DNA of 64,000 nt, from the IMG/VR virus record IMGVR_UViG_3300045988_077266, positions 17,375 to 81,374 of that record; one strand, 5' to 3'. Under the pieces are notes generated by a model. The model saw only the letters and a program-made list of their open reading frames with translations, was not told the origin of the DNA and did not search any database. Source of the DNA: a virus. A program made the translations under genes and the position numbers. Position 1 is the stretch's first letter. Each line of letters begins with the position of its first letter. This document shows positions 26,336-34,061 of the stretch, piece by piece.

Positions 26336-27568
26336 ATGGATAAAATCTTTGAAATCATTAACAATGAGCAAAAACGCCAAGACAACACAGTAGAGCTTAT
26401 CGCTTCAGAGAATTTTGTTAGCGATAGAGTTAAACAAGCTGTTGGGTCTTGCATGATGCTCAAGTATACTGAGGGCTATCCCAGCAAAGAGAGCATTGCA
26501 AAGTTCCAAGAGAAATATCCTGACTATGTGCATACCGGTAACACGGGCAGATATTATGGCGGGTGCGAGAACTTTGATGAACTTGAATTATATTGCCGTT
26601 ATATGTGGCAAAAAGTATTTAAGACTGATTATCATGTGAACGTTCAGCCCCATTCAGGTTCTTCTGCGAACATGGAAGTCTATGCCAGTGTGCTTGAGCC
26701 GGGTGATACTGTGCTAAGTATGAGCCTTAATAATGGGGCACACCTCACCCACGGTTCTCCTGTAAACTTTAGCGGCAAACTGTACAACATGGTATTCTAT
26801 GGCGTAAATCAATATGGCCGAATTGACATTGATGATATTTATAACAAGGTCATTGCATACAAGCCTAAGATGGTAGTTGTTGGAGCGTCTGCGTATGCCA
26901 GAGCAATCCCCTATCATACCATCCGAACAATCATTGATTTGGCTGCAATGAAGGCTGGTATTGATGCGCCCTATATGTTTGTGGACATGGCACACATTGC
27001 TGGACTTATTGTTAGTAGCGACCATGAAAGCCCATTTGGTGTGGCCGACTTTATTACCACTACAACACAAAAGACATTAAGAGGTAATAGAGGCGGCATT
27101 ATCTTTTGTAAGCCTGAATATGCAAAGAAAATTGATAGCGCTGTGTTCCCCGGCAATCAGGGCGGTAGCCTAATGAATGAGATTGCTGGAAAAGCTGTAA
27201 CGGCTGAGGAGGCACTAACGTCTGAATTTAAGGAATATGGACACCAGATTATCAAGAACGCCAAAGCTATGGCAAATGAGTTTATTAAGTTGGGATTTAA
27301 GTTGGTTACTGACGGCACAGACAACCATTTAATTTTGCTTGATTTGACCGACATTGGCGTAAGCGGTAAACAAGTACAGGACGAACTTGACAAGCACGGT
27401 ATTACACTAAACAAGAATATGATTCCCAACGACACAAGAAGTCCGGCTCAGACAAGTGGTGTTCGGATTGGTGTCCCAGCCCAAACAACAAAGGGTTGGA
27501 AAGAAGATGATTTTATCAAATGCGCTGATAAGATTGCTGAAATTATCAGGGACATGAAAACAGAATAA
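26336..27568 (+). CDS. glyA: serine hydroxymethyltransferase
   Basis: VELIASENFVS, KYTEGYP, QPHSGSSAN and the PLP-lysine block TTTTQKTLRGNRGG. 410 aa. Confidence 0.8.
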   Translation: MDKIFEIINNEQKRQDNTVELIASENFVSDRVKQAVGSCMMLKYTEGYPSKESIAKFQEKYPDYVHTGNTGRYYGGCENFDELELYCRYMWQKVFKTDYHVNVQPHSGSSANMEVYASVLEPGDTVLSMSLNNGAHLTHGSPVNFSGKLYNMVFYGVNQYGRIDIDDIYNKVIAYKPKMVVVGASAYARAIPYHTIRTIIDLAAMKAGIDAPYMFVDMAHIAGLIVSSDHESPFGVADFITTTTQKTLRGNRGGIIFCKPEYAKKIDSAVFPGNQGGSLMNEIAGKAVTAEEALTSEFKEYGHQIIKNAKAMANEFIKLGFKLVTDGTDNHLILLDLTDIGVSGKQVQDELDKHGITLNKNMIPNDTRSPAQTSGVRIGVPAQTTKGWKEDDFIKCADKIAEIIRDMKTE

Positions 27569-27573
27569 AGATA

Positions 27574-27605
27574 AAGAGGGCTGATTTCTCAGTCCTCTTT
27601 TTTTA
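27574..27605. terminator. bidirectional rho-independent terminator between convergent genes
   Basis: AAAGAGGGCTGA-tttc-TCAGTCCTCTTTTTTT. It overlaps the stop of the minus-strand gene. Confidence 0.65.
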
Positions 27606-28512
27606 ATTCTTCTGCTGTTGCAAAAACATCAAGTTCATATTTGATTGCCTTTTCTATCATTTGTTCATGCACAACAGGCGGTATCATCTTAAATCTACGG
27701 CTCTTGAGCAATCGGTCAACCTGAGCCTTATTAAACTTAGGAGCAAAGAATCCTACCATCTTTTTTAACCCACTTGGCCTTGAGATAATAAATGCTTTGG
27801 CATAATTATCGTAACCAAGATTTTTTACTTTGGCCAATATAATGGCATAATATTGTTTAATTTTTTGTGGGCTTAATTGGTATAATTCTTGCACTGAATG
27901 AGCGTTATTGTCTTTCATAAATTCAAGCTTTGTCTGTTCTATTTCAGCCCATTCTTCTGTTGTTGCAATTTGCCCTTTACTATAAACTTTGCCATTTTCA
28001 TATTTAACTGCTTTATATAATAAATATGTTTCGTTATACTCTATAAGCCCCTTTTCTTTTAGCTTGAGAAGATTGCTCTTTAAAACATATTTATCATGCG
28101 CCTCAACGATATTAAACCATCTATCCTCAAATTCTTCTGCGAGATAATCAGGGAAATCTTTTGGTAATTTTATATCAATATTTTCTTTCCCATATTTATA
28201 TAGAAAGTAATTAGTATTAACCATATATAGCCCTTTGCGAAAACTGGTATATGTATGGGTTTGAACAACATCGCCCTCAGCAAACAAGTTTAATAAAGCA
28301 GCTTGAACGAAATTGTTATAATTCTTTTCGGCTTGAATTAGTTGTTTTTCTTCTGCTGTGTATTGGCCATGAATAATATATTTACCATAACCAACTTTTT
28401 CTATGTTGTATTGTTCTTGTAAACTCTCAATATGTAATTTTCTGTTCCGGCCTCCTGACCTTTCTTTTTCGCCTAATTGACGGCATAACTCTGAATAATT
28501 TAATTTTTCCAT
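27589..28512 (-). CDS. hypothetical DNA-binding-like protein (possible regulator or replication initiator)
   Basis: 307-aa ORF, the only reverse-strand gene in the 42 kb rightward block, with its own promoter. The N-terminus NYSELCRQLGEK looks HTH-like. It lies adjacent to an iteron-rich non-coding region. The function is inferred. Confidence 0.5.
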   Translation of the reverse strand: MEKLNYSELCRQLGEKERSGGRNRKLHIESLQEQYNIEKVGYGKYIIHGQYTAEEKQLIQAEKNYNNFVQAALLNLFAEGDVVQTHTYTSFRKGLYMVNTNYFLYKYGKENIDIKLPKDFPDYLAEEFEDRWFNIVEAHDKYVLKSNLLKLKEKGLIEYNETYLLYKAVKYENGKVYSKGQIATTEEWAEIEQTKLEFMKDNNAHSVQELYQLSPQKIKQYYAIILAKVKNLGYDNYAKAFIISRPSGLKKMVGFFAPKFNKAQVDRLLKSRRFKMIPPVVHEQMIEKAIKYELDVFATAEELKKED

Positions 28513-28674
28513 AAGCGCCCCTTTGTTAAGATGGTACTTGGTACCAAATCCTTGTGCCCAGCAATAACGCTCTGCGTTTTGCGTCTCCTTATTTCATCAA
28601 TATTAAAGATGGTACTAAATTTTCTATTACATATATATAGTGATTACAAAAGTGGTACCATCTTCACCTTTACC

Positions 28675-28703
28675 ATATTATCACATATCAACGCTATTGT
28701 CAA
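28675..28703 (-). promoter_or_regulatory. sigma70-type promoter for the 27589..28512 gene
   Basis: Minus strand: TTGACA atagcgttgatatgtga TAATAT with a 17-bp spacer and a TG-extended -10. Confidence 0.55.
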
Positions 28704-28740
28704 TATATATAAATATAAGTTAATAAATTGTTAATAATTA

Positions 28741-28880
28741 TGAAAGTTATAAGAAATAAAGGTAAAGGCAGATGGTAAGAAGTAAGAGATGTCTGGATGA
28801 TGTAGGTTGGGTGAGGTGGATGGTTTGGAGTGAGGGGAGATTGGGATTAAGGTGGTGATAGGCGGTTGTGTTGTGTGGGT
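28741..28880. repeat. C-depleted G/T/A-rich tract
   Basis: By eye there are only 3 C residues in 140 nt (28769, 28793, 28863). The tract has many GG/GGA runs (ggttgggtgaggtggatggtttggagtgaggggagattggg). Confidence 0.85.
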
Positions 28881-28988
28881 ACTACTAAGCGTTTTGCTTT
28901 CACGCTTTAAAGCGTCATCCATAACCGACCCCGGCTGTGGGTTAACATAATGTCCCGCTGATAACAAAAGTTATTTGCGTAGTCAAGC

Positions 28989-29024
28989 AAAACTAGAATC
29001 AATACTAGAACGCATTCTAGTTTT
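28989..29024. repeat. perfect 11-bp inverted repeat (aaaactagaat / attctagtttt) with a 14-nt loop
   Basis: Read directly: arms at 28989-28999 and 29014-29024. Confidence 0.9.
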
Positions 29025-29104
29025 AATCTAACTTCAGGTTGTGCCCGTGATGTCAAGCCGCAACAGCATGAGAGCGCATATATTAGGCGGGACTGTTGCG
29101 TTTG

Positions 29105-29460
29105 CAACACACTACCACACACAACATCACCCATTCCCACAACCACATCACACACTATCCATCTTCACATCACATCACACTAACAACCATATCCTTCATA
29201 TCCTTCACACTTTACTCAACATCACGCCATACAATCACCACAACTATTATATACTATATCAATACCATACAATACAGTTATCAAAACCATATTCAATCAT
29301 ATTATAAACCATATTTATATATCATTCATACAAACATACAATCTATAAATCATTATCATATCATATAGTATTAAAGACTATAAAGACTATATCACCACCT
29401 ACACCAGAACAATAATTATTATCATATTTTATAATCATTATAACTATATCATATAATCTC
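29105..29460. repeat. G-depleted C/A/T-rich tract (mirror of 28741..28880)
   Basis: By eye there are only 6 G residues in 356 nt. The tract is rich in CAC/CAT/ATC motifs (catcacacactatccatcttcacatcacatcacac...). Confidence 0.85.
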
Positions 29461-29520
29461 AATCTCTATATAATATAGTTTTGAAAATCATATCAAGTCA
29501 TATATTAGGCCGAAATTCCT

Positions 29521-29636
29521 ATATTCATTTATTCATGGATATTCATTGAATATTCATATCAATATTGGCCTTAAATATGAATATTTGAACTTTTCAAGTG
29601 AATAAAGGGCGAAAAGTTAATTAAATCTATGAATAT
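29521..29636. repeat. iteron-like ATATTCAT array
   Basis: Direct copies lie at 29521, 29530 (7-mer), 29539 and 29550, spaced 9-11 bp. Inverted ATGAATAT copies lie at 29577 and 29629, with another at 29874. Confidence 0.75.
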
Positions 29637-29856
29637 CATAACGTTATAAATATACAAATCCAAGTTAAGGCGTCTGCCATATAATTATAGCGCCCATGCC
29701 TAAAAGCAAAACGTAACCGTTTACTTAGCGTTATAGGGGCGTTCTTGCGTGGTGGACATTTGTAAGTGTTTTGTGTTTGGTTTATATATTATATATGTAT
29801 ATAATCCACTATACAATATCACTAAAAACTTTTTAATATTTTAGTTATTTTGCCTA

Positions 29857-29884
29857 TTGTAATCCGGGCCAATATGAATATAAT
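29857..29884 (+). promoter_or_regulatory. possible promoter of the small-gene module
   Basis: TTGTAA-16 bp-TATAAT, weaker than the other promoters. Confidence 0.35.
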
Positions 29885-29933
29885 AATAATCACAAGGAAC
29901 GCCTTACAAGGTTAACAAAATAAGGAGGGCAAA

Positions 29934-30029
29934 ATGTTATATATGGACTGGACAACATTTTTTATTATTGTAGGGGCCACTACTGTTAGTTATTTCATTT
30001 GCAAGTTTTTATTTTGGTTGGATAAATAA
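29934..30029 (+). CDS. small membrane protein
   Basis: 31-codon ORF (MLYMDWTTFFIIVGATTVSYFICKFLFWLDK) with an AAGGAGG RBS. Confidence 0.4.
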   Translation: MLYMDWTTFFIIVGATTVSYFICKFLFWLDK

Positions 30030-30042
30030 GGAGGAAAGAAAA

Positions 30043-30273
30043 ATGGAAAATATTTGTTTTAACTTTAGCTCGGATTATGATACTATCAACAAATTAATTA
30101 AAAAATATGGGGCGAAAGGTTTGTTTACCACCGGGAAAAACGAGGACGGAGAAAGTGTTATTATCATGATTTATGCTGATTGTATTATTGTAAAAACACT
30201 ACAAAAAAATAATTGGATGCGTATTAATACCTACTGGGCAGATGGGAATATAGATGAAAATTATGAACGTTGA
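30043..30273 (+). CDS. hypothetical protein
   Basis: 76 aa with an AAGGAGG RBS. Confidence 0.55.
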   Translation: MENICFNFSSDYDTINKLIKKYGAKGLFTTGKNEDGESVIIMIYADCIIVKTLQKNNWMRINTYWADGNIDENYER

Positions 30274-30302
30274 ATTTATTAAATAATAAGGAGAAAAGAA
30301 AA

Positions 30303-30533
30303 ATGAAAAGAATGACACAAAAAGAAATTAAAAATCTTGTTGCTTTGGGCGCGGCCGAAGATATTACATATCTTTCTTTTGATGCTTGTGAGGCTTTGAG
30401 AAAGGCCCATAGCTTTACAACGCTAAACGTCAGTACGGGCGTTTATGGTATGAATGGGGCTTTGTTCCGTGATGAAAACGGCAAATTTTACGCTATTACT
30501 TCCAGAACGTCAACATTATTTCAGATGGTTTAA
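30303..30533 (+). CDS. hypothetical protein
   Basis: Start trimmed to MKRMTQKE..., which has an AAGGAG RBS. 76 aa. Confidence 0.55.
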   Translation: MKRMTQKEIKNLVALGAAEDITYLSFDACEALRKAHSFTTLNVSTGVYGMNGALFRDENGKFYAITSRTSTLFQMV

Positions 30534-30546
30534 GGAGGCTTGAAAA

Positions 30547-30732
30547 ATGCTTTTACGTAAAGATATTGAAACCATTATGTCAACGCCTGAATTGTGGCAA
30601 GCGTTTCATGATTTAGAAGAACTATACCATTTCCGGCGGAGTAGTCCAGAAATAAACGCTAAGTATAAAGCGGCGTTTCGTATATTTAAAGCACAAGTAG
30701 AAGGGCAGAAAGGCCAGATAATCCCATTCTAA
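30547..30732 (+). CDS. hypothetical protein
   Basis: 61 aa with an AAGGAGG RBS. Confidence 0.5.
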   Translation: MLLRKDIETIMSTPELWQAFHDLEELYHFRRSSPEINAKYKAAFRIFKAQVEGQKGQIIPF

Positions 30733-30775
30733 CAAATTAACTAAAAAATTTTTCAAATCTTGTGCAAAATGCCTA

Positions 30776-30804
30776 TTGAAAAAGCCTTTAAGATTTGGTA
30801 TCAT
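30776..30804 (+). promoter_or_regulatory. sigma70-type promoter
   Basis: TTGAAA-17 bp-TATCAT with a TGG-extended -10. It is preceded by an AAAAAATTTTTCAAA tract and CTTGTGCAAA. Confidence 0.55.
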
Positions 30805-30850
30805 ACAATTACCGAAAGGAACAAAAAATATTTTTGGAGGTTATTATATT

Positions 30851-31408
30851 ATGAAAAAGACTTTTAATTTTGGTAAAATCGACTACATGGGCAGAGGCCG
30901 GAAAGATTGCGCCGTTGATGTAACTATCTGGTTGGAAGAAAAAGGCGGAGAAAAAGTTCTTGACAAAGACGGCAATTTTGCCGGGGATTATTGCAATAAG
31001 TATATTGAGTTTACCGCAAGCGGGAATATCTGGAATCATTGTCATTCTAATATTTATTCTGGCGGTCAGAACCTTGATACAATCGTAAAATACATTAAAA
31101 CGCCGCTTTTCCACAAAATTTATACTTTCTGGAAAAAGTATCACCTGAACGGTATGCACCCCGGAACGCCAGAACAGGAAGAAGCTATTGCGAAATGGGA
31201 GGCTAAAGGCAACGCATACGATTATACCAAGGCTTGCGAAATGCTGAAAAGCTGCGGCCTGTACGAAGTGCCGCTAAACGCTGATTTAATCGGCACACGC
31301 AAGGCAGACGGCAAGCCGTATAAATACGGTCATGGCTGGGTCATTTCCAACATCCCGGAAGAAGATTTGAAAGAAATTAAAGCCCTTTTTGCAGCCTCTT
31401 GCAGATAA
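30851..31408 (+). CDS. hypothetical protein
   Basis: Start trimmed to MKKTFNFGKIDY..., which has a GGAGG RBS. 185 aa. Confidence 0.6.
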   Translation: MKKTFNFGKIDYMGRGRKDCAVDVTIWLEEKGGEKVLDKDGNFAGDYCNKYIEFTASGNIWNHCHSNIYSGGQNLDTIVKYIKTPLFHKIYTFWKKYHLNGMHPGTPEQEEAIAKWEAKGNAYDYTKACEMLKSCGLYEVPLNADLIGTRKADGKPYKYGHGWVISNIPEEDLKEIKALFAASCR

Positions 31409-31463
31409 TATGCAGTGTACGCCATGCAACAGTAAACGGAAGGAGGTATAAACTATGAAGATT

Positions 31464-31492
31464 AGAGGCCGTCGGGCCTCTTTTCTTTTTTC
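31464..31492 (+). terminator. rho-independent terminator
   Basis: AGAGGCC-gtcg-GGCCTCT followed by a T-rich run. Confidence 0.7.
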
Positions 31493-31546
31493 TGTATGTT
31501 TGTCAATATGCACAAGTATTTTTTAAAAAGTTGGTGAAAATGACGA

Positions 31547-31575
31547 TTGACTTATGGGTAAGGTGGTGGTATATT
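31547..31575 (+). promoter_or_regulatory. sigma70-type promoter
   Basis: TTGACT-17 bp-TATATT with a TGG-extended -10. TGCACAAG lies upstream. Confidence 0.55.
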
Positions 31576-31605
31576 ATAATTACAAAAACAAAGGAGGTCA
31601 ATAAT

Positions 31606-31890
31606 ATGAAATACGGAATCATGACTGAGAGCGGCAAGTATTATATCATTGATGAGCATAGCCGCATTAATCGCCTTGACATGAAGTTTACGCCTAGTGA
31701 CGGCTGGCGGTGCGTTGGTTTTCGTGAAGTGCTGACCTTTGGGCATAGAGGCCCTATCATTTCCCCAGAGGAGCTTATCAGAAAAAACGTGCGTTTCAAG
31801 AATGGTAAAGGCCGCTATGTGATGGTTGATTATGATTATGGGACACATAGAGAATGGGGAGACAGAATCGTTAATATCTGGAAGTATTAA
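31606..31890 (+). CDS. hypothetical protein
   Basis: Start trimmed to MKYGIMTE..., which has an AAGGAGG RBS. 94 aa. Confidence 0.55.
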   Translation: MKYGIMTESGKYYIIDEHSRINRLDMKFTPSDGWRCVGFREVLTFGHRGPIISPEELIRKNVRFKNGKGRYVMVDYDYGTHREWGDRIVNIWKY

Positions 31891-31903
31891 GGAGGCTAAC
31901 AAT

Positions 31904-32077
31904 ATGTGGAATGCTGTTGCAGAGTATGCAGACGGAACTCGAATTGAAAAGAATTTCCCTTATAATGAAAACGGCAACTATCAAGCAGAATGTGAACGGC
32001 AATATGATTTAGAATGTTGGCTGTTGTCGCAACATGAAGATTGCACTTTTTATAGTGTGGCATACGTTGAAGATTGA
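31904..32077 (+). CDS. hypothetical protein
   Basis: Start trimmed to MWNAVAEY..., which has an AAGGAGG RBS. 57 aa. Confidence 0.5.
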   Translation: MWNAVAEYADGTRIEKNFPYNENGNYQAECERQYDLECWLLSQHEDCTFYSVAYVED

Positions 32078-32092
32078 ATAGGAGGTTTAAAT

Positions 32093-32347
32093 ATGTTCTT
32101 TATCACGAAAAATTGTGCTTGCATTTCTGATAGCGGCAAAGACGAATACAGAAACAAAGGCCGTAATCATGACGGAATGTTCAAGTTTCGTTTGCTGGAT
32201 GATGACGGCGAAGTTTATTTCTATGGCTATTCGTCAAGTTGTGATGACGAGGCCGCATTTGAACCGCTGGATTATTACGGCGAAGCATACGGATGCACGA
32301 TGATTGAATACAAGAATACGGAAACAGGCGAATATGAACAGTTGTGA
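32093..32347 (+). CDS. hypothetical protein
   Basis: 84 aa with a TAGGAGG RBS. Confidence 0.55.
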   Translation: MFFITKNCACISDSGKDEYRNKGRNHDGMFKFRLLDDDGEVYFYGYSSSCDDEAAFEPLDYYGEAYGCTMIEYKNTETGEYEQL

Positions 32348-32388
32348 ATTTGCACAAGAATTTTAATAAATCTTGTGTAAATCGTCAA

Positions 32389-32417
32389 TAGACAAGCGTG
32401 TCCGTATTGGTTATAAT
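32389..32417 (+). promoter_or_regulatory. sigma70-type promoter
   Basis: TAGACA-17 bp-TATAAT. It is preceded by the inverted pair TTGCACAAG...CTTGTGTAA. Confidence 0.5.
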
Positions 32418-32449
32418 GAATACAGTAAATCAAACAAGGAGGATTGAAT

Positions 32450-32782
32450 ATGCGTTATACATTTGACACTACTACTACCATGAACCCCTATAACAATAAG
32501 AAGTGGTATATTTGTGGTGATATTGTGAGATGCAAAACCATTGAGGCCAAAAATTTGTCTGAGGCCCTGAAAAAATATCAAGATGAAGTGATGAACAGGG
32601 ACTATATCACGATTTCTGATACGGCATTGAAACGCAAAAATCCGATGTTCGTTGATACGGTTAAAGGAACTAAACAAGTTGGTTATGTTATTACCGGGTC
32701 AACAGATTTTGATAATGACGGGCGTGGCTGGGTAAAACAGTATATCGAACTTTGGGTAACAATTACACAAAGTGTATTTTAA
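32450..32782 (+). CDS. hypothetical protein
   Basis: Start at MRYTFDTT..., which has an AAGGAGG RBS. 110 aa. Confidence 0.55.
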   Translation: MRYTFDTTTTMNPYNNKKWYICGDIVRCKTIEAKNLSEALKKYQDEVMNRDYITISDTALKRKNPMFVDTVKGTKQVGYVITGSTDFDNDGRGWVKQYIELWVTITQSVF

Positions 32783-32787
32783 AACTA

Positions 32788-32816
32788 GAGGCTGGCGAAA
32801 AGCTGGCCTCTTTTTT
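32788..32816 (+). terminator. rho-independent terminator
   Basis: GAGGCTGGC-gaaaa-GCTGGCCTC (9 bp including two G.U pairs) followed by TTTTTT. Confidence 0.6.
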
Positions 32817-32984
32817 ATGCCTATTTTCTATAAAAATCAATCAGAAACGGGCCTACAATCGTTTTTGCATTGTCTGCCGTATGTTTTCACGTCTGACGCT
32901 GGAAGGGCTGCAAAGGGCCTTAAAATGGGCTATAGAGGCATTGCTAAAATAGGCTGTTGTTTTGTTGCTTTTGCAATAGCGAAA

Positions 32985-33188
32985 ATGTCTAATGAAGAAG
33001 TTGAAATGGGCACCCGTTCCGAAGTTTCCGCCGTTTATCATTCTTTCCCCTCTGAAGTGCGGAGTTACGAAGGAACCGGAAAAGTCCGTGACCGTGTAAA
33101 ACATTGTTATATTAACGTTCACGTTGTTTCCGTTCCTAATGGAGAAGGCGGTACAAGGCTTCTTGTTTATCCTATGGTAAAGCAATAA
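32985..33188 (+). CDS. possible small protein (weak call)
   Basis: 67-codon ORF (MSNEEVEMGTRSEV...) followed by a good terminator. No clear RBS or promoter was found. The longer 138-aa version is rejected. Confidence 0.3.
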   Translation: MSNEEVEMGTRSEVSAVYHSFPSEVRSYEGTGKVRDRVKHCYINVHVVSVPNGEGGTRLLVYPMVKQ

Positions 33189-33194
33189 CAAAAA

Positions 33195-33228
33195 AGAACG
33201 GGCCACACAAGGCCCCTTCTTTTTTTTG
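33195..33228 (+). terminator. rho-independent terminator
   Basis: AGAACGGGCC-acaca-AGGCCCCTTCT followed by a T8 run. Confidence 0.7.
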
Positions 33229-33281
33229 TGCCCAGACTTTAGCACGCTAAACCGTTAAAGAAAAATTTTTTCAAAAACCTA

Positions 33282-33310
33282 TTGACAAAACCAGAGAATA
33301 GCGCTATACT
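33282..33310 (+). promoter_or_regulatory. sigma70-type promoter with no substantial ORF downstream
   Basis: TTGACA aaaccagagaatagcgc TATACT, preceded by AAAAATTTTTTCAAAAA. Confidence 0.55.
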
Positions 33311-33436
33311 ATACTTGACCACTCCGGGAAGGGGCTAGGGAGGGGAGAGAATGTCTAAAAACTTTAGTTAAGTAAAGTAATAAAGCAAATGGGCAAAATA
33401 GCTAAAAATTTTTTAAACTTTTGTTGAAATTGACTA

Positions 33437-33465
33437 TTGCAAAATGGGGCTGCATCTGGTATTAT
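33437..33465 (+). promoter_or_regulatory. sigma70-type promoter
   Basis: TTGCAA-17 bp-TATTAT with a TGG-extended -10. Confidence 0.5.
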
Positions 33466-33509
33466 ATAGACAATCCCAAACGGGAAAACAAAAACAGGAG
33501 GAACAAAAT

Positions 33510-33677
33510 ATGAAAGTAAAAGATTTCCCCAACTGGTGCAAAGTAGTGTTCAATGACCGCACCCTTCTCAAAAGTGACTTTCGTTATATGAGTTGGCAAC
33601 AAATCCGGGCACTTGATGAAATGGAAGTTATTCTGACAGAGGATAACGGAAAAACGCTTGTACTTGAAAATCGGTAA
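33510..33677 (+). CDS. hypothetical protein
   Basis: Start trimmed to MKVKDFPN..., which has a CAGGAGG RBS. 55 aa, followed by a terminator. Confidence 0.5.
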   Translation: MKVKDFPNWCKVVFNDRTLLKSDFRYMSWQQIRALDEMEVILTEDNGKTLVLENR

Positions 33678-33700
33678 AGGGGCTTCGGCCCCTTTTTCTT
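33677..33700 (+). terminator. rho-independent terminator
   Basis: AAGGGGC-ttcg-GCCCCTT followed by a T-rich run. Confidence 0.7.
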
Positions 33701-33820
33701 TATCGCTTTAGCGATTTAAAGTGTAACGGTTTAGTTGACTAAATCACTAAATCAAAAATTTTTTCAAATTCCCCGTAAATGGGCACACGATTAAGCGGTT
33801 TTTTTAAATTTCCCAGCGAT

Positions 33821-34061
33821 ATGGTATATATATGGATATATAGATATATGTATATATATGCTTATATATAGATATGTGGGGGTTTGGGTGTATGGATAGA
33901 CTGTATATGGATGGATGGATAAATTTAAGGGGTTGGATAAATGGGTTTAGATAAATGGATAGGTAGATGGATTTAACGTTATAAGTGTGAATGGATAGAC
34001 GCATATAGCTCAGTCAACATATAAACAAACCCATGTGCAAAATTCTGTGGATATGTGGATA
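33821..34061. repeat. C-depleted TGGATA-rich repeat tract
   Basis: Eight exact TGGATA copies start at 33833, 33893, 33916, 33934, 33956, 33992, 34048 and 34056, plus TGGATG/TGGATT variants. By eye there are only 4 C residues in 33821-34000. Confidence 0.85.

Noticed and set aside
28531-29368. ORF-track entries 28531..28734, 28731..28967, 28907..29155, 29041..29307 and 29096..29368.
   Set aside because: They lie in the strand-skewed repeat region and translate to low-complexity His/Thr/Ile/Pro strings. They overlap each other, lack an RBS and are explained by the compositional bias.
32772-32984. Long 138-aa version of ORF 32772..33188.
   Set aside because: It starts inside the preceding gene's end and runs through its terminator hairpin.
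33821-34061. CRISPR array or conventional tandem repeat.
   Set aside because: The motifs are short (6 nt), irregularly spaced and lack unique spacers of uniform length. No cas genes are present in the window.
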